Origin: Heptranchias perlo
Taxonomy: Eukaryota
NCBI RefSeq assembly: GCF_035084215.1
Contig: NW_027138407.1
Location: forward strand, 868,001-932,000
DNA: 64,000 nt
Direction of reading: 5' to 3'
Position 1 is the stretch's first letter. Every line of letters starts with the position of its first letter. A program made the translations under genes and the position numbers. Below are positions 50,829 through 64,000 of this stretch, one piece after another. The notes beneath the pieces are model-generated. The model was not told the origin of the DNA. It saw nothing but the letters and a program-made list of their open reading frames with translations, and ran no database searches.

Positions 50829-51030
50829 TAATTAGTAAAGTAGCAACACTGAAAGGAGACGAAATTTCAGGACAATATCTGAAGACTGTAGACGTGCCTA
50901 AATTTTATGGTTACCTCAATATAAACGACCTTCGTGTGGAGGAGGGGAGTTGGTTGAGAGGGTGGAGGTGGGTTGGTGTCTATTATTGTGCAGTGAGGTA
51001 CAGCGTCAGCTCAAAGAAAAAACGTCAGCG
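50829..51030 (+). pseudogene. Truncated family A relic (copy of 28980)
   Basis: IISKVATLKGDEISGQY..VYYCAVR. Confidence 0.85.
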
Positions 51031-51749
51031 AGTATTTACAGCTTGATTGGGTTCTGGATGGGAACAGTTAACTGGTCCCTGGTTAGCTGTCTTCAGGTTA
51101 GCGAACCAGTGGTGTCCGTCTCTTTACCTGCAACCGACTGATGGTCTGTAGCACACACAATTCACAACAGCACTCAAAAGGCAATTTTAGTTCTATTTTA
51201 AACAGCCCGCGTGAGGCCAGGTTGCAAGGAACAACCACAACGGGGCAATTTAGAATTATTTTCAAATATTTCAGCGTAACTTTACATCCTCCTTCTCGCT
51301 CTCTTTTATTCATCTTTTCTATATAGTTAACTCTCATATATATGTATTATTGAGAGATAGAGACGACCACACTGAGGCGCACAATCACAAGCAGAACACG
51401 CCGAGCCACTTCCGAGGACCAGACAGCTGCATTGTCTCTCTTCACAATATTCCAAATCTTTTATGGAATGCAGCCTTCCTATCAAGTAAATAATTCCCAA
51501 AGTGAAATTAGATACATACCAGAAAAGTAAAAAGATGTGCAGGGCTTTGGGTAAAGAGCGGAGGAGTGGGAATAATTCGGTAGCTCATTCAAAACGTCGA
51601 CGAAGGCAAGATGGACTGCACCACGTCCTTCTGCGCTGTAGAACTCTCCGATTCTATGGAATGATCGCAGAAGAAAAGTTAAATAGACGAGTGGTAACAT
51701 TGACTCAGCAGAAAAGTCACCGCATCATTCTAAGCTTTGCCCATTTGGT

Positions 51750-51849
51750 GGCTGAGAGTTTGCGTGGCGGAGTTGTCAGACAGCACCGTGTATTACTGCG
51801 CTCTGGGACCATCAGCTGCACACCTCCGTGCCCGTCCTGTACAAAAATT
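51750..51849 (+). pseudogene. Family E 3' fragment (copy of 29900)
   Basis: ELSDSTVYYCALG + ACAAAAATT. Confidence 0.8.
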
Positions 51850-51977
51850 GTAGCATTGTGTGTAAATAAAACAGTGTGTGGCCGGACACCTCAGTCTCAT
51901 TCGTGACAGTGAGATAAATCAACTGAATACCTTCATCTATGTTCAAGCAATAGTTTTGTCATTTTCCTTCCCTCACA

Positions 51978-52192
51978 TCAATTAGAGATTAAACTGCCCC
52001 TCAGATCAATTGGAGAGGAAAGTGTCGCTCAATTGAATTTGAAATGGAGCAGTCTGTCAGATCAAATACAGATGAAATTGTCTCTCAATCAAATATCGAT
52101 TAAGCTTTCTCTAAGATCAATTAGATTTCAAACTCTCTCTCAGGCAAATTAGGCATCATGCTTCCTTTCAGGTCAATTAGAGATCAAGCTGT
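51978..52192 (+). repeat. 28-bp minisatellite, about 8 units
   Basis: Copy of the 30129 array, lacking three units. Confidence 0.88.
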
Positions 52193-52384
52193 GTTTTTTA
52201 TTACGCTCGCTCCCCCTGCTCAACAGGATTTGACGTTATAATCTCAGTTCTCTGAAATCAACACAGACTTCCGGTTAAGGAAGTGACATCAGACCAGCAC
52301 GAGGTGGGGCTCGTAGCCCCTTCCGTTTGATGTTCCGCAGGTTTCCGCGACACAAGCAGTCCCTCGAATTCCGGAGCAGCAGCA

Positions 52385-53479
52385 ATGCGGCTCTCCGTTC
52401 TCGGTGTGGTGTGTGTGACATTAACTTTCGGTAACTAGGTTAAAACTTTTAAAAGGGGTTCATTTTTGAAGGGATATAATTAAAAAGCAGAGGAATTCTA
52501 TTGTACTTGTTTCGAACCTTGGTTCGACCTTCTTGGAGTAATGTGCACAGTTCTGGTCTCCATATTATAGTAAGGCAATAGAGTCACCGGGGAATGTGCA
52601 AAAAAGATTTACAGTGATGATACCAGAAGTGAAAGGTTATATCTATCAACAAAGATTGAACAGGCTTGGTTTATTTTCTCTCGAAAAGAGGAGGCTGAGG
52701 GGGGACCTCATGGAGGGCTTGAAAATGATGAATGGATTTGATAGGGTAGATGTAGAGAAAAGGATTCCGCTCATGGGAGTACCTATAACGAGGTGTGATG
52801 AATAAAGTAGTCGCTAATAGAACCAGAACGGAATTGGGAAGAAACTTCTTTATTCAGAAAATGGTGAGAATGTGGAACTCGCGACAACACGGAGTGTTTG
52901 AGGGGACGAGCATCGATGTATTTAAGAGGAAGCAAGATAATACACGAGGGAGAAAGGAATAGAAGGATATACTGATATGGCGAAATGAAATAGGGAGGGA
53001 GGAGGCTCGTTTGGAGCATAAAAACCGGCATCGAGCAGTTGGGCCGAATGGCCTGTTTCTCTGCAGAAAATTCGATGTAAAACTCACTCCGCATTTCGGT
53101 AGATTTGCACCTTCATTTCAGTTCAGTTTGAACGTTTAATGATCGATTTTCGTCTTTTTTAACCGTGTGTTCCAGATCTGAGCGATGGAGTTTCTGTTAC
53201 TCAGCGGGAGCCCTCGGTCACAAAATCAGAGGGAGAAGCTGCCACTTTAACCTGCACCTATTCCACCGATGGTTATTACTTATACTGGTACCGTCAATAC
53301 CCAGGCAAACAGCTCGAGTTTGCCGTCCGGAGGCACACGAACGGCCGTGTTGAATATCAGGCGGAATTCGCTAAAAGCCGATTTTCTGATACAGTCCGGC
53401 AGTCAGACAAGATGTACCGATTGACCATCTCGGAGCTGCTGCTGTCTGACACGGCGGTTTATTATTGTGCAGTGAGTCT
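52385..53479 (+). CDS. TCR V segment, family F2, intact (leader 52385-52430, V exon 53176-53479; CR1 in intron)
   Basis: Copy of the 30620 gene (NGRVEYQAEF); RSS CACAGTG (53480) + 23 + ACAAAAACT (53510-53518). Confidence 0.92.
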
Positions 53480-53814
53480 CACAGTGATGGGAACGAACTA
53501 AAGCCTCGTACAAAAACTGCCGCAGGTTTCTGGGTCACAGACTCTCTCTGGTGCAGACTTATTTTTTTTTACAGCGGGCCAGACACTGTCACGTGAATGC
53601 ATTCCTGTGCGCGCACAGCCCGAGCAGAAACCACATCAACCTCATATGAAACCTTTCACATCGAATACTGTTTCCATCTCATTATTGCATTAACTGTGTC
53701 AGGGCAGAATTTTCTGCTGCTTATTTGTGATTCTCAGGAAAGCCGCTAATCCTTTTGGGAATACAAGCACCTGCAGCTGGTGTGGGGCTGGTTGTCATAA
53801 AATCTTACAGCACA

Positions 53815-56265
53815 TAACATAGGGACAGGAATCGGCCATTCAGCCCCTCGAGCGTCTTCCGCCATTCAATGAGATCATGGCTGATTTGTATCCTCACTCC
53901 ATCCAACCACCTTGGCTCCATATCCTCATGCACTTGGCGAAAGAAATTTAAGGATCTCAGATTTAAATGTATCATTTGAGATAGAATCTACTGCATTTGG
54001 TGGGAGAGAGTTCCACATTTCCACCATCCTTTGTGTGAAGAAGTGTTTGCTAACTTGCTTCCCGAATGGCAAGGCTCTGATTTTAAGGTTATTTCCCCTT
54101 CCAGGCTCACCCATCATCGGAAAAAATCTCCCTATCTACCCTATCAATTCATTCAAATTCCTAAAAACTTCAATCAAATCGCCTCTTAACCTTCTATATT
54201 CCAGGGCATAAAAGCCGAGCCAATGTAATCGCAGACGGAGGCCTGTGCCAGCACTCAGCAAGAGCTAACAATTAGTCCCATTCCCCCTGCTCTTTCCCCA
54301 GAGCCCTGCACATTTTTTTCTATTTGAGTAGAAATTCAATTTTCTTCTGAAAGTTACAATTGCATCTACTTCCAATGCCCTTTCACACAATACATTCTAG
54401 ATCATAAGAACGTACATAATAGTCTCCTGTTCTCCCCCCAGCTTGTTTGCCAATTATTTTAAATCTCTATCATCTATTTACCGACTCCCTTGCCATTGGA
54501 AACAGTTTCTCCCTAACAAATCTATCAAACCCCCATATAATTTGAAAATCTTTATTAAACATCCCCTTAACCTTCTCTGCTCTAAGGATAAAAATCGCAG
54601 CTTCTCCAGCCGCTACACATAACTGAAGTCCCTCATCCCTGTTACCATTCATGTAAATATCCTCTGTACTCCTTCTAAGGCCTTGACATCCTTCCTAAAG
54701 TGTGAAGCACATCCACAGGATGCACTGCAGCTACTCGCCAAGGCTTCTTCGACAGCACCTCCTAAACCCGCTCCCTCTACCACCTAGAAGGACAAGCGCA
54801 GCAGGCTCATGGGAACAACACCACCTGCACGTTCCCCTTCAAGTCACACACCATCCCGACTTGGAAATATATCGCCATTCCTTCATCATCGCTGGGTCAA
54901 AATCCTGGAACTCCCTTCCTGACAGCACTGTGGGAGAACCTTCACCACACGGACTGCAGCGGTTCAAGAAGGCGGCTCACCACCACCTTCTCAAAGGCAA
55001 TTGGGGATGGGCAATGAATGCCGGCATCGCCAGCGACGCCCACATCCCATGAACGAATGAAAAAAAAGCCCAGAATTGGACACAATACTCCAGCTGAAGC
55101 CTCATCAGTGGTTAATAAGAGTTTACCATAACTTCCTTGCTCTTGGACTCTGTGCCTCGAGTTATGAAGCCAATGACTGCTTGCGATTTTTTCAACAGCT
55201 TTATCAACATGCCGGTATAATGCTGCTTCAGATGTACGACAACCAGACAAATGATGATTGGTTTAAAATATTATTGTACAGTAACTCATATACAGGCGTT
55301 CACCGAGTTTGGACTGAATGCAAATTTCTCGTTGAAAAATTCGAACCTATTCCATTAGATGGCAGCAAACTCTCAAGAATCACACCGCACCATCTGCCTG
55401 GAACGCCGATCTCTGCCCGTGCAAAAGAATCATCGAATCTGACAGCTCAGAAAGAGGATAATCGGCCCATCGCATCTGTACCGACTCCTTGAAGGAGCTA
55501 TAAAATTAGTCCCACTCGCCTGCTCTTTCCACATAACATTGTAAATATTCCCCTTCAAGTTTTTATACAATTTCCTTTTCAAAGGCTACGATTGAGTTTG
55601 ATTCCAACACCCTTTCAGGCAGTGCATTCCACACTTAAGGAAGGATGTCAAGGCCTGAAAGAGGGTGCAGAGAAGATTTGCTAGAGTGGTATCAGGAATG
55701 AGGGATTTATGTGGAGGTACTGGAGAAGCGATGAATGTTCTCCTTAGAACAAAGAAGGCTGAGAAAAAAATTAATCTCGATGTTCAAAATTATGAGAGTG
55801 TTTGATAGAGTGGTTGGGGAGAAACTATTTCCAGTAGCAGAAGAGTCGACACCCAAGAGGACACCGATGTAAGATAACTGGCAAAAACCGAGAGGGGAGA
55901 CGAGAAATTTGTTTACGCAGCGAGTTGTGATGATCTGGAATGAATTGCCTGAAAGGGTGTTGGAAGCAGTTTCAACAGCAACTTGCAAAAGGGAATTGGA
56001 TATATACTGGAAAAGGAAAAAAAAAAGCATGTCTATGCGGAATGAGCAGTTGAGTGGGACTAATTGGATAGAACATAAGAACATGAGAAACAGGAGCAAG
56101 AGTAGGCCTTCCGGCCCTGCAAGCCTGCTCCGCCATTCAATAAGATCATGGCTGATTTCCTTGCTCAACTCCACTTTCCGGCCCTATCCCCATATCCCTT
56201 CATTCTCTCTTTCACGGAGTCAGCAGAGGCATGATGAGCCGATTGGGCTTCTTCTGTGCTGTATG
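53815..56265. mobile_element. Nested LINE cluster (copy of 32050-34505)
   Basis: Same fragments and junctions as in unit 1. Confidence 0.85.
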
Positions 56266-56387
56266 ATTCAGCCCACAGGAATTGCACTCTGCGCTGCAGC
56301 TGCATCTGACCCTGTTGAAACTGATACGAGCCAAAACAGACCGCAGGCAGTTTTTGTACGAGAGGAGAACTGGATTATAACACTGTG

Positions 56388-56854
56388 TCGCACTGAAAGA
56401 GCGAATGCACAGATATACACCGCCGTGTCACTCAGCTGGAGATCAGTGACGCTTAAAATAGACACTTTTGCCGATGTGCTTAACTCAGAAGTGAAGCGAT
56501 TCCCAATATTTTTCGCTTTTCCCCGACTGCTGCGGGCACTGCTCCACAAGATCATCTCCGGGGAAGGATCAGGATACTTTCGGTACCAGTGCAGATCATA
56601 CCAGCTTGCTGTCGTCGAATAGCTACATTGCGTTCTGAACGTCTGGCCCATTTTCAGGACGACAGCCGACCAATTCTGAGACACAGAATCTTCCTGACTC
56701 AGATCTGGTGGAAAGATTGAAAGTATTAATTGGAGCTTATTCGTTGGTTTAACAAGAACCTTTGTTTAACGAAGCTTTCTGCTGTAACATCCTTTAAGTA
56801 TTTACCAAATGCTAAGCAGCTGAGGGTAGTCAGAACGGCGAATTTGAAATGCAT
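56388..56854 (-). CDS. TCR V segment, family H, intact (leader 56854-56806, V exon 56704-56388)
   Basis: Copy of the 35094 gene (LHWYRKYPDP); RSS 56387-56349. Confidence 0.92.
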
Positions 56855-57780
56855 GATGTCTGACAATCCCAACCAGCGTGGGTCTCTCGGTGTCGAGCTG
56901 ATTTCCAATACTCTCCACTTTGCTGGGAAGTTGATTCGGTGTGAGCATTGAGCAGCTCGCGGCATTATTGTGCAATCACAAATCACGTGCTCCAGGTTGA
57001 GCCATTTGCGAACGTACGCTAAACAGCTCTTGAGATGATTGGGTATATGAGCGAGAGACCTAGTCTGATTGGATAAACAGCAGTGGCATGTTAATTCATT
57101 CTTGGACTGTAGGTGTCGCTGGCGAGACCGTATTTAGTGGCCGTCTCCAGTTGCATTGAGGGAGTGGCTCTCGTTCCATACCATGTGGTTGAATCTTAAC
57201 TGCCTTGTGAAGTGGCGCATCAAGAAACTCAGTTGTATCGGGGCAACTTGAGATGGGCACTAAATGCTTGTCTTGCCAGCGAAACCCACATCCAGAGAAT
57301 GAATTTAAAATAGTTCCTGACACAACTCAGCATGTGACTGACCTCACCTCACACTGCTCATTGCATCCCCTCTCCTTCCTTCAGCGTCAGTGGTCGGTTT
57401 AATCAGTTATATAATATTCTCGGTGTCATCATCTTGCTTTATAAACAATTATTGTGCCAATTTGGTGACTTGACGCCTCCTCTGTTGTTTCCGATCTTCA
57501 CATCAGGTCTTTGTCTTTCATTTTCGCCCATTTCCACGGCAGGAACGCCCGGCAGACAACTGGTTTCCCCATATTCAGTTGTCTTATGTGCAATGACTTG
57601 ATGCAGCAAACGAAGCCTGATCAGACAGGAACTTCACTGAGGAGAAAGGATGGTGTCCATCGCCCCCTGGCAGGTGGTTCAGACATTTTGCGCAGTGCTC
57701 AGGGACAGAGTCTTCTCAAGAAAACGCCAGGTCAAAATAAGAAAGGTGAATTTCTTCGTATGTTTGCGATGAGAGGTTAA

Positions 57781-58893
57781 ATTGACTATTCCAAACTTGA
57801 TGCCAGCAATCCTGAAAGACTTCTTTCGGTAACCAAGAAAGGTAAGACGTTAATGATGGCTTTTATTGTGTCTGGGAAACCTACTGGGAAGGACACCGAG
57901 GAGTCTTTGGCAGGGCGATCTGCACAATGCAAACGATAATGTAGAAAGATTTGTTGTTGGTTCTGATCGTGCTCGATTCATGCTGCGTGATCTAAGCGAC
58001 GCTTGGGAGATTGAAGACTTCCTGATAGATCAATAACGCTGTGCAGATGTTACTCTGGAAGGGCAGGCATATCTTTGAAAAGGAACAGGGAAAAAAATGA
58101 AACCAAGACTGATGAGAAGAAAAAAGATGCAGCAGCTTCACAAAAAGCAAACAAAAACGAACTGTGATCCAATTGAGTTAGGTGGTGGTCAAGTGGCGAC
58201 ATGAATTGAATTCTTCTTTTGTATTAGATAACTTGCTTTTCGATGTTGAGATTTTCTATTTTGGAACTAGTACTGAATCCGTGATGCTGAGTTAAAGAGC
58301 TCATTTTAAAAGTTTTGGAGTTGAAACAGCAGTGGAAACTCTCAACGTGCATTCCTAATAAGAAGGTACTGCATCGTGTTTTCTTGTGACTTGCCAGCGT
58401 TTAAAAAAGTGATTAAAATGGAAGCCACTAAAGGGGCAGTTAGTAGACTTTATAAATCATGTTTACTGCCTGTACCTTGCACCTCCACACTGAATGGGAT
58501 TTCTCTTCATTTGTTCTATTTTAGACTTCAATATAAATGCTAATTCCTTTGTGATTTAAGTACTATTTTGATACACAAAGACCATTATTTTCTATTGATG
58601 CCTTTTATGAGCAGTGACTAACTCAACAGACATACGGTTTCTAACTTCAACGTGAAATGATTGAAAATGCAACGATTTTATTGTTCATTCAGCAGTGTTA
58701 TGTATTAAATTGATTATAAGATATTTGAGTACTCTGCTACATTCGGTACTGCATTCATGTCGGCAATTCTAATGTCTTCACTCTTCTTCAGCCTTCATAT
58801 TGAATTAGCCGAATCTGTTATGGTCTGATCAGCACTGTAGCCATGATACATTTGTCAGTCTAGCTGCTGTGTATTTTTCATGTATGAAAAAAA
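57781..58893 (+). pseudogene. MESD: MESD processed pseudogene, second copy (CDS remnant 57781-58167)
   Basis: Copy of 36021, with additional stops (taa in place of the GAA of ERC; cta/taa changes). Confidence 0.88.
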
Positions 58894-59997
58894 ACAATTC
58901 AATTGTCAGTAACTGCAGATTTTTCAAAGAAAATTGCTCTAAAAATGTGCACTCAGTTTTCCAGAGCTGTTAAAATATGTAGTTAATAATCTCTGGTTTT
59001 TATACAATGAAGGAAGATTGGGAACTCCTGTATGTTAAATATACAATCAGAACAAGCTGACGTCATGCACTTGCTGCTGAAGGTTCCCCAGCACTCTCGC
59101 TGTAGTAACCGCGATGATGCTTTTAAAATTGCTGGAAGTATCACTGTACTGAAATTTACTGATTAAACCTCACTCATTCAAACGAGGCAGTGTTTATGCG
59201 GGTATTTTATTGTGGTGCAGTAATTAGATAAAAGTATCCTGATATGTTTTCAGATTTCTATGTTGTAAGCATAGGGCCGAATGGCCTCCTCCTGTGCTGT
59301 ACCTACTATGGTACAATCGCAGGAGAATAGAACTGAATAGATGGCTATTTCAAAGAGCCGGTACAGGCACGATGGGTCGAATGGCCTCTTCCTGTGCTCT
59401 CCCTACCATGACACAAAAGCGCAATAAACGGCGATTGATAGAAAGGATAATTCTAGTTTCACGAAATCAACAAGTTGCAAAATTTAAGTGAATCCAATTG
59501 ACCATGTTAGGTGCTTTGTTCATATACAAATTCAGTCTAAATGTGCATATGGTTTCCTTAACGACATACCAGCAACGCTTTGAGGAAATCTGAATAAACT
59601 GGACAAGGCTTTATGTAAACACACGGTTTATGTTCCTGGTTCCTGCACACAATAAGCGCGTTCGATTACTGTGATATACGAGCTGCTGCCTTTGTCTGGT
59701 GTGTGCAGCTCCTTGAACGGCGAGAACTCAATGTCAAACTCGGGCAAAGTTTCTGCCGCATTATTTTGCAGTTGCAAACTGGTCTAAATGACTTAAACAC
59801 ATCTTTGCACTCTGTTCAGGAAGTATACACCCCAAAGGGACCAGAGGAAACCTTCCCCCGACGCCCTATCTGTTGCTATCGGCTTGTTGTATATTTGGAT
59901 GTATTTTAATTCAACACCTTCTGGTGACATGTTTAGAAGGTTCCTATTTCTCGCCACACTGCCCGCTATCCCGTTAACCATGTCACATTCCAGCATT

Positions 59998-60552
59998 GTT
60001 TTTTGTACGAGGCTCCCTCGGGTTGCTGTTACCGTGGATATCAGCCCGCAGTAATACACCACGCTGTCAGACAGCCACAGGACGCGGACCGTGCATTTCC
60101 CCATACTTTTCAAAGTGTCGAGAGAGGCTGAAAATCGAGTCCCTGCGTCCACTGTTCGGAAAACATCTCCGAAGGACGTGCAGTTGACCAGGAATGTGGG
60201 GAATTTGCCCCAGCCCTGATGGTAAGTATTATGAAGCATCTGTGATCGAATAGCTGCAACTAATGGTCTCCGTGTCTCTTTCAAAGTGCAGCGCTGCCAC
60301 CGACCTTTGTGAGACCGAGTCTGCACAACTAACACCTGAGAAATTTTGCTGTACATAACGTTAAGCTTTCATCATCATTTTATTATAATTAACATCACAA
60401 GGATAGTGGAGTAAATTGCAAATAGGGAGAAAACTTCAGTGAAAGGAAGATTATCTGTGTCAATAACACGCGCAAGAGGGAGATTGTGGAACGGTTAACT
60501 TTACCAGTTAAGAGAGCCACAGCTCTGACCAATACATAAAAAGTAACATCCT
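59998..60552 (-). pseudogene. Family I V pseudogene, copy 2 (V exon 60335-60037)
   Basis: Shares the TAA in CDR1, has an 8-nt deletion at the Trp region, then SDSVVYYCGLI; CACGGTA + 23 + ACAAAAAAC. Confidence 0.87.
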
Positions 60553-61754
60553 ACATGTTTGCAGCGAGTTGATGGCAGATTTGAACAGAACGGGTTGAAC
60601 GTGGAATTCTTTTTCGTCAAGAGTTGGGAAGATGTTGAGCAATATCCGGCCTCTCTGCCAATTGGCTTGTTCCTGACAGAGTCAGCAGGGAAACATCCAA
60701 TCAGCTCACAGGGTTTTTTTCTCCAATTCATCCAATCAGCTGATAGCTCCTTTGTTCTCCTATGCAGCCAATCAGCTTACCCGCCGTTTGTTCACCAATT
60801 CATGACGGGCAGATGTGAGGAAGGCGTGGGCGGGGCAGTGTTACCGCAAGGTTTGTCTCGAGAATGTGCTGTCGATAACGGGTTTGATCAGAGACACCGT
60901 CAGTCAGGATGCAGTCAGCCGCCGAATGAGCGCAATTTACGGTTCATAAAGTCCTCCATCACAGAAGGAGCCCATTCGGCCCATCTTGAATGTTCTCGAA
61001 CTATCCATTTAGTTCCCACTTCCCTGCTCTTTCCCCATAGCCCTGCAAATGTTACCTTTGAAGGAAAGTTTCAAAAATAGTTAGGTTCTGGACATGTTCA
61101 ATGAACCTTTATCGGTCACGTTCATGAATGCTTGTTTAATTTATGGCAGTGAAGAGGGTGATAGATCACCGAGAACATTCAGTTCATTCTCGAGAAATAA
61201 TTGTGTTTACACGGCGATGGCAGCTCTGTTGGGTAGATTTCATCTGGTCTTCATTTTTCGTGTAATCGGTAAAGCATTCAAAAATAATCTGTTTACCATT
61301 TGGCTGGAATCGTTTTGAGAGGAGATTTCCCTTCTGTTTGCGATGTCGCTAACACAAAGAGACCAGAGCACATCTTCCCCACGTATGCTCCTGTCCTTCT
61401 TGTCGTTATTTTCGATAAGGATTATAGACGATGACATTTAACCTCTGCCCAGATCAACGTCGTCGAGACAGAGAACTGGAAAATGTTCTCCTTAACCATT
61501 GCAAAACAACCGCCGACATAAATTACTTAAAGCTGCTTTATTAAACGCTATATCGTTGATAAAAGTGCAATGAATTGGAAAGTGACATCTTTAAATCAGC
61601 GTAAAGAAAACGGGTTACACAAATTACCTAAATTTCTTCTATTAAACTGAGCCCATCTGTAAATGATGGAAGTGCAGTAAGTAGTTTCGTGTGACGCGAC
61701 TTTAAAGGCGAGGGAGGTTTTTATACAGCGGCTGCCGCGTTTCCACTCAGCGTG

Positions 61755-62183
61755 CGGCTCTATCGCACAGTAATAGACTGCGGTATCTGCAAACTCCGTG
61801 CTGTTAATGACCAATTGGCCGCGTTTGTCCGCAGTGGAAAGGTACAATTCAAAACGGCCTCCGCTCTCTTTGCCAGAAGAGATTCGCCTTATTAGCCACT
61901 CCAGTCCCTGACTGGTTTTCTGCTTGTACCAATGCATGGCGTTAAAGCTGGATATGTCATAACTACAGTTTATCTGCACCGAATCCCCGATCCGGACTGT
62001 TTTCGAAGCGGGAGATTCAAGCACTCGGTCCGCGAGACATCCATCTGTGAAAACATTCAGACAATGAAACACTGGAACACAGTGAATAAAACATATTCCC
62101 GGTTATTGAGTCCAAATCCTGAACCTACTTGTTAGCAGCACCACAATGGCGGGTAATACATTAGCTTGTATCGAGTAGCACAT
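61755..62183 (-). CDS. TCR V segment, family D, intact (leader 62183-62129, V exon 62044-61755)
   Basis: Copy of the 40431 gene (VLESP); RSS 61754-61716. Confidence 0.9.
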
Positions 62184-62654
62184 CCTCGCAATTAAGATGT
62201 AAATAAGAAAACGGCACACAGCTCACATCAGATGATCTCGAACCGAGTGAACACAGTGAACAGTCGGAGAAACAAAGTCAGCGCCGCTCAGTTAAAGTCT
62301 CAGTCACGTGTGTCTGCTGCTTTTCGATTGGCTGGTAATAGCTATTATTCACACAAGATGTGCGTAGGCAGTTTGTTGATCTGCTCTCACTTCTCCTGGG
62401 TTCACATCTGGACCTATCAATTGTCCAATGGGCAACTCACTCGTCTTGAGGTGGGACGTGAGTTGAGTCCCATCCCTTTGTGTTAGTCTCCCTCTAAAGA
62501 GAGATGCCTGGCGCTGAATGATTGGAAACAAGTCAAACTCTTTCACCGGACTCGACCGTCCAATAGATGAGCCGGGGTGATTGTAACGGAATCTACCAAA
62601 GTGTTGCTCAGAGAGGAGATATTGTACGAGAGCTGCGCCATTTCCCTCACCGTG

Positions 62655-63046
62655 GCTCAAGGCACAGTAATAGATTGCGGTATCCGCCAACTCTGCCTGG
62701 TCGATGCCGAGAGTGCTCAGTCTTTGATCCCTGTCGGTGTAGATCTTAAACCGGCCTTGCTGGTCCTCTCCTTTGAATCCACAATGAATGAATACCGGGG
62801 CCTCGCTCACCAGTCGGCTGTACCAACAGATGCTATTGGTCGTGTTGAACTCGCACGGAATCCTGACGGGATTTCCTTCCACTGCGAACTCTTCGGCAGG
62901 CTGAGAAATCTGGGCGAAACTCGGAGCATCTTTGGACACAATTTGAGAATTGTTAGATTCAAACAGTTTTATAAAGTACGGTGATTGGAATGATATGTGA
63001 AATACTCACAGGTCACGAACAACAGGAACACTTTTATTACGCCCAT
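62655..63046 (-). CDS. TCR V segment, family C, intact (leader 63046-63010, V exon 62929-62655)
   Basis: V protein identical to the 41294 gene; RSS 62654-62617 with a 22-nt spacer. Confidence 0.9.
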
Positions 63047-63489
63047 GGCTGTCTTTCTTTTCTCCGATCGTTGACGACAGGTTTATAATTCTCGAGTTCA
63101 GCTGATTGTGGTTATTTTGGAGACTGCAACTCATCAATGCGCACGCGCAGAATCATGCCGCAGACTCCGCCTCTTCACAGCTGCAATGGGTCCGAAGCAT
63201 CTCTTTCGCCTTCTGGGATTCCATGTTCAAATAGGGGCAATGATTCCCGCCTTTGGAGACCGGGGGTGGGAATGAATCCCGTATCTGGTTATTATAACCG
63301 GGAAGCACAGGATTGTTAATGGTGACAGAAAACTTCCCAGCATTAAAGGGTATTTCTGATGGACAATGGACATTGGGGGAACTCTGTGCTCGGAAGTTTT
63401 TTTTAAAGAGCACAGTCACCGCGTTGTGAAATCTGTTCATTGTGTATAAACTTTTTCTAACACGGCAAAATACTGTGATCAAATTAACC

Positions 63490-63631
63490 TTGTGTACAGG
63501 CCGCGATCAAACATTCCTAAAAATTGACATGGTTTACCCATCTCGGGGCGTCAGCTGACCGACGCAGCAGTTTATTACTGTGCGCGGAGACTTACAGTGC
63601 GGGAAAGCAGTTGTACCCTCGTAAAACAACT
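63490..63631 (+). pseudogene. V 3' relic (third copy)
   Basis: TDAAVYYCARR; TACAGTG at 63593. Confidence 0.8.
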
Positions 63632-64000
63632 GCCGCCCTTGTGCAGATTAAAGGTAGAGTGAGTCCAGAGGGAGCAGCAAGAAACATGTGACTGTGGGAA
63701 TTTTGACACTGTTCGGATACTGGATGAAAACAACCAGTTAGTGTATCTATGGGACAGTTTCCACCGCTCATTCATGTGTTGCAGCGATACTGATCGCAGA
63801 TGTTGCTGAACATAAGACCAACTTCATGTTAAATCCTGCTTATTCCGTTTTATTTAATCGCTCAACCAAAACTGTTGAATGAAGTTAGTGGTTATTAGTA
63901 TAATATAAACCATAGAGATGCCGATGAGATGCCGACTATTAATTACTATGTCACATGGAGAAGATGCAGATCTGTCTCATGATTCCCACATATCCGATAT

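Larger units (their letters stand above)
40827..62578. repeat. Tandem segmental duplication, unit 2
   Basis: Colinear, highly similar copy of unit 1 with an 809-bp deletion at 42844 and an 84-bp minisatellite contraction. Confidence 0.93.
62579..64000. repeat. Start of duplication unit 3 (truncated by the window edge)
   Basis: Nearly identical to 40827-42248 at offset 21752. Confidence 0.9.

Noticed and set aside
1-64000. NAR-TCR cassette, or D, J and C segments
   Set aside because: I found no 12-RSS-flanked D, no FGxG J preceded by an RSS, no C1 exon and no VNAR-type V. This was a by-eye scan, so short D segments could be missed.

Overview
This is eukaryotic genomic DNA, most likely from a cartilaginous fish (inferred from CR1/L2 LINE fragments and a Deu-domain SINE). 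It covers part of a T-cell receptor alpha/delta-type variable (V) gene array. I find 15 apparently intact two-exon V segments (leader exon, phase-1 intron, V exon, 23-type RSS), 8 on + and 7 on -. Two further V exons are open but have a defective leader. About 15 clear V pseudogenes or relics are present, plus a few tentative ones. No D, J or C segments and no convincing 12-RSS were seen. From about 18.1 kb onward the window is a tandem segmental duplication with a period of about 21.8-22.7 kb (two full units plus the start of a third). Each unit contains an older, decayed internal duplicate of a three-V cassette and a processed MESD pseudogene. The main points of interest are a compact V family with an extra Cys pair at W-1/W+14, head-to-head V pairs, co-oriented CTCF-like sites, a copy-number-variable 28-bp promoter minisatellite, and copy-specific inactivating lesions. 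Most entries in the ORF track are spurious (repeat antisense frames or microsatellites). Family letters A-I are my own labels.
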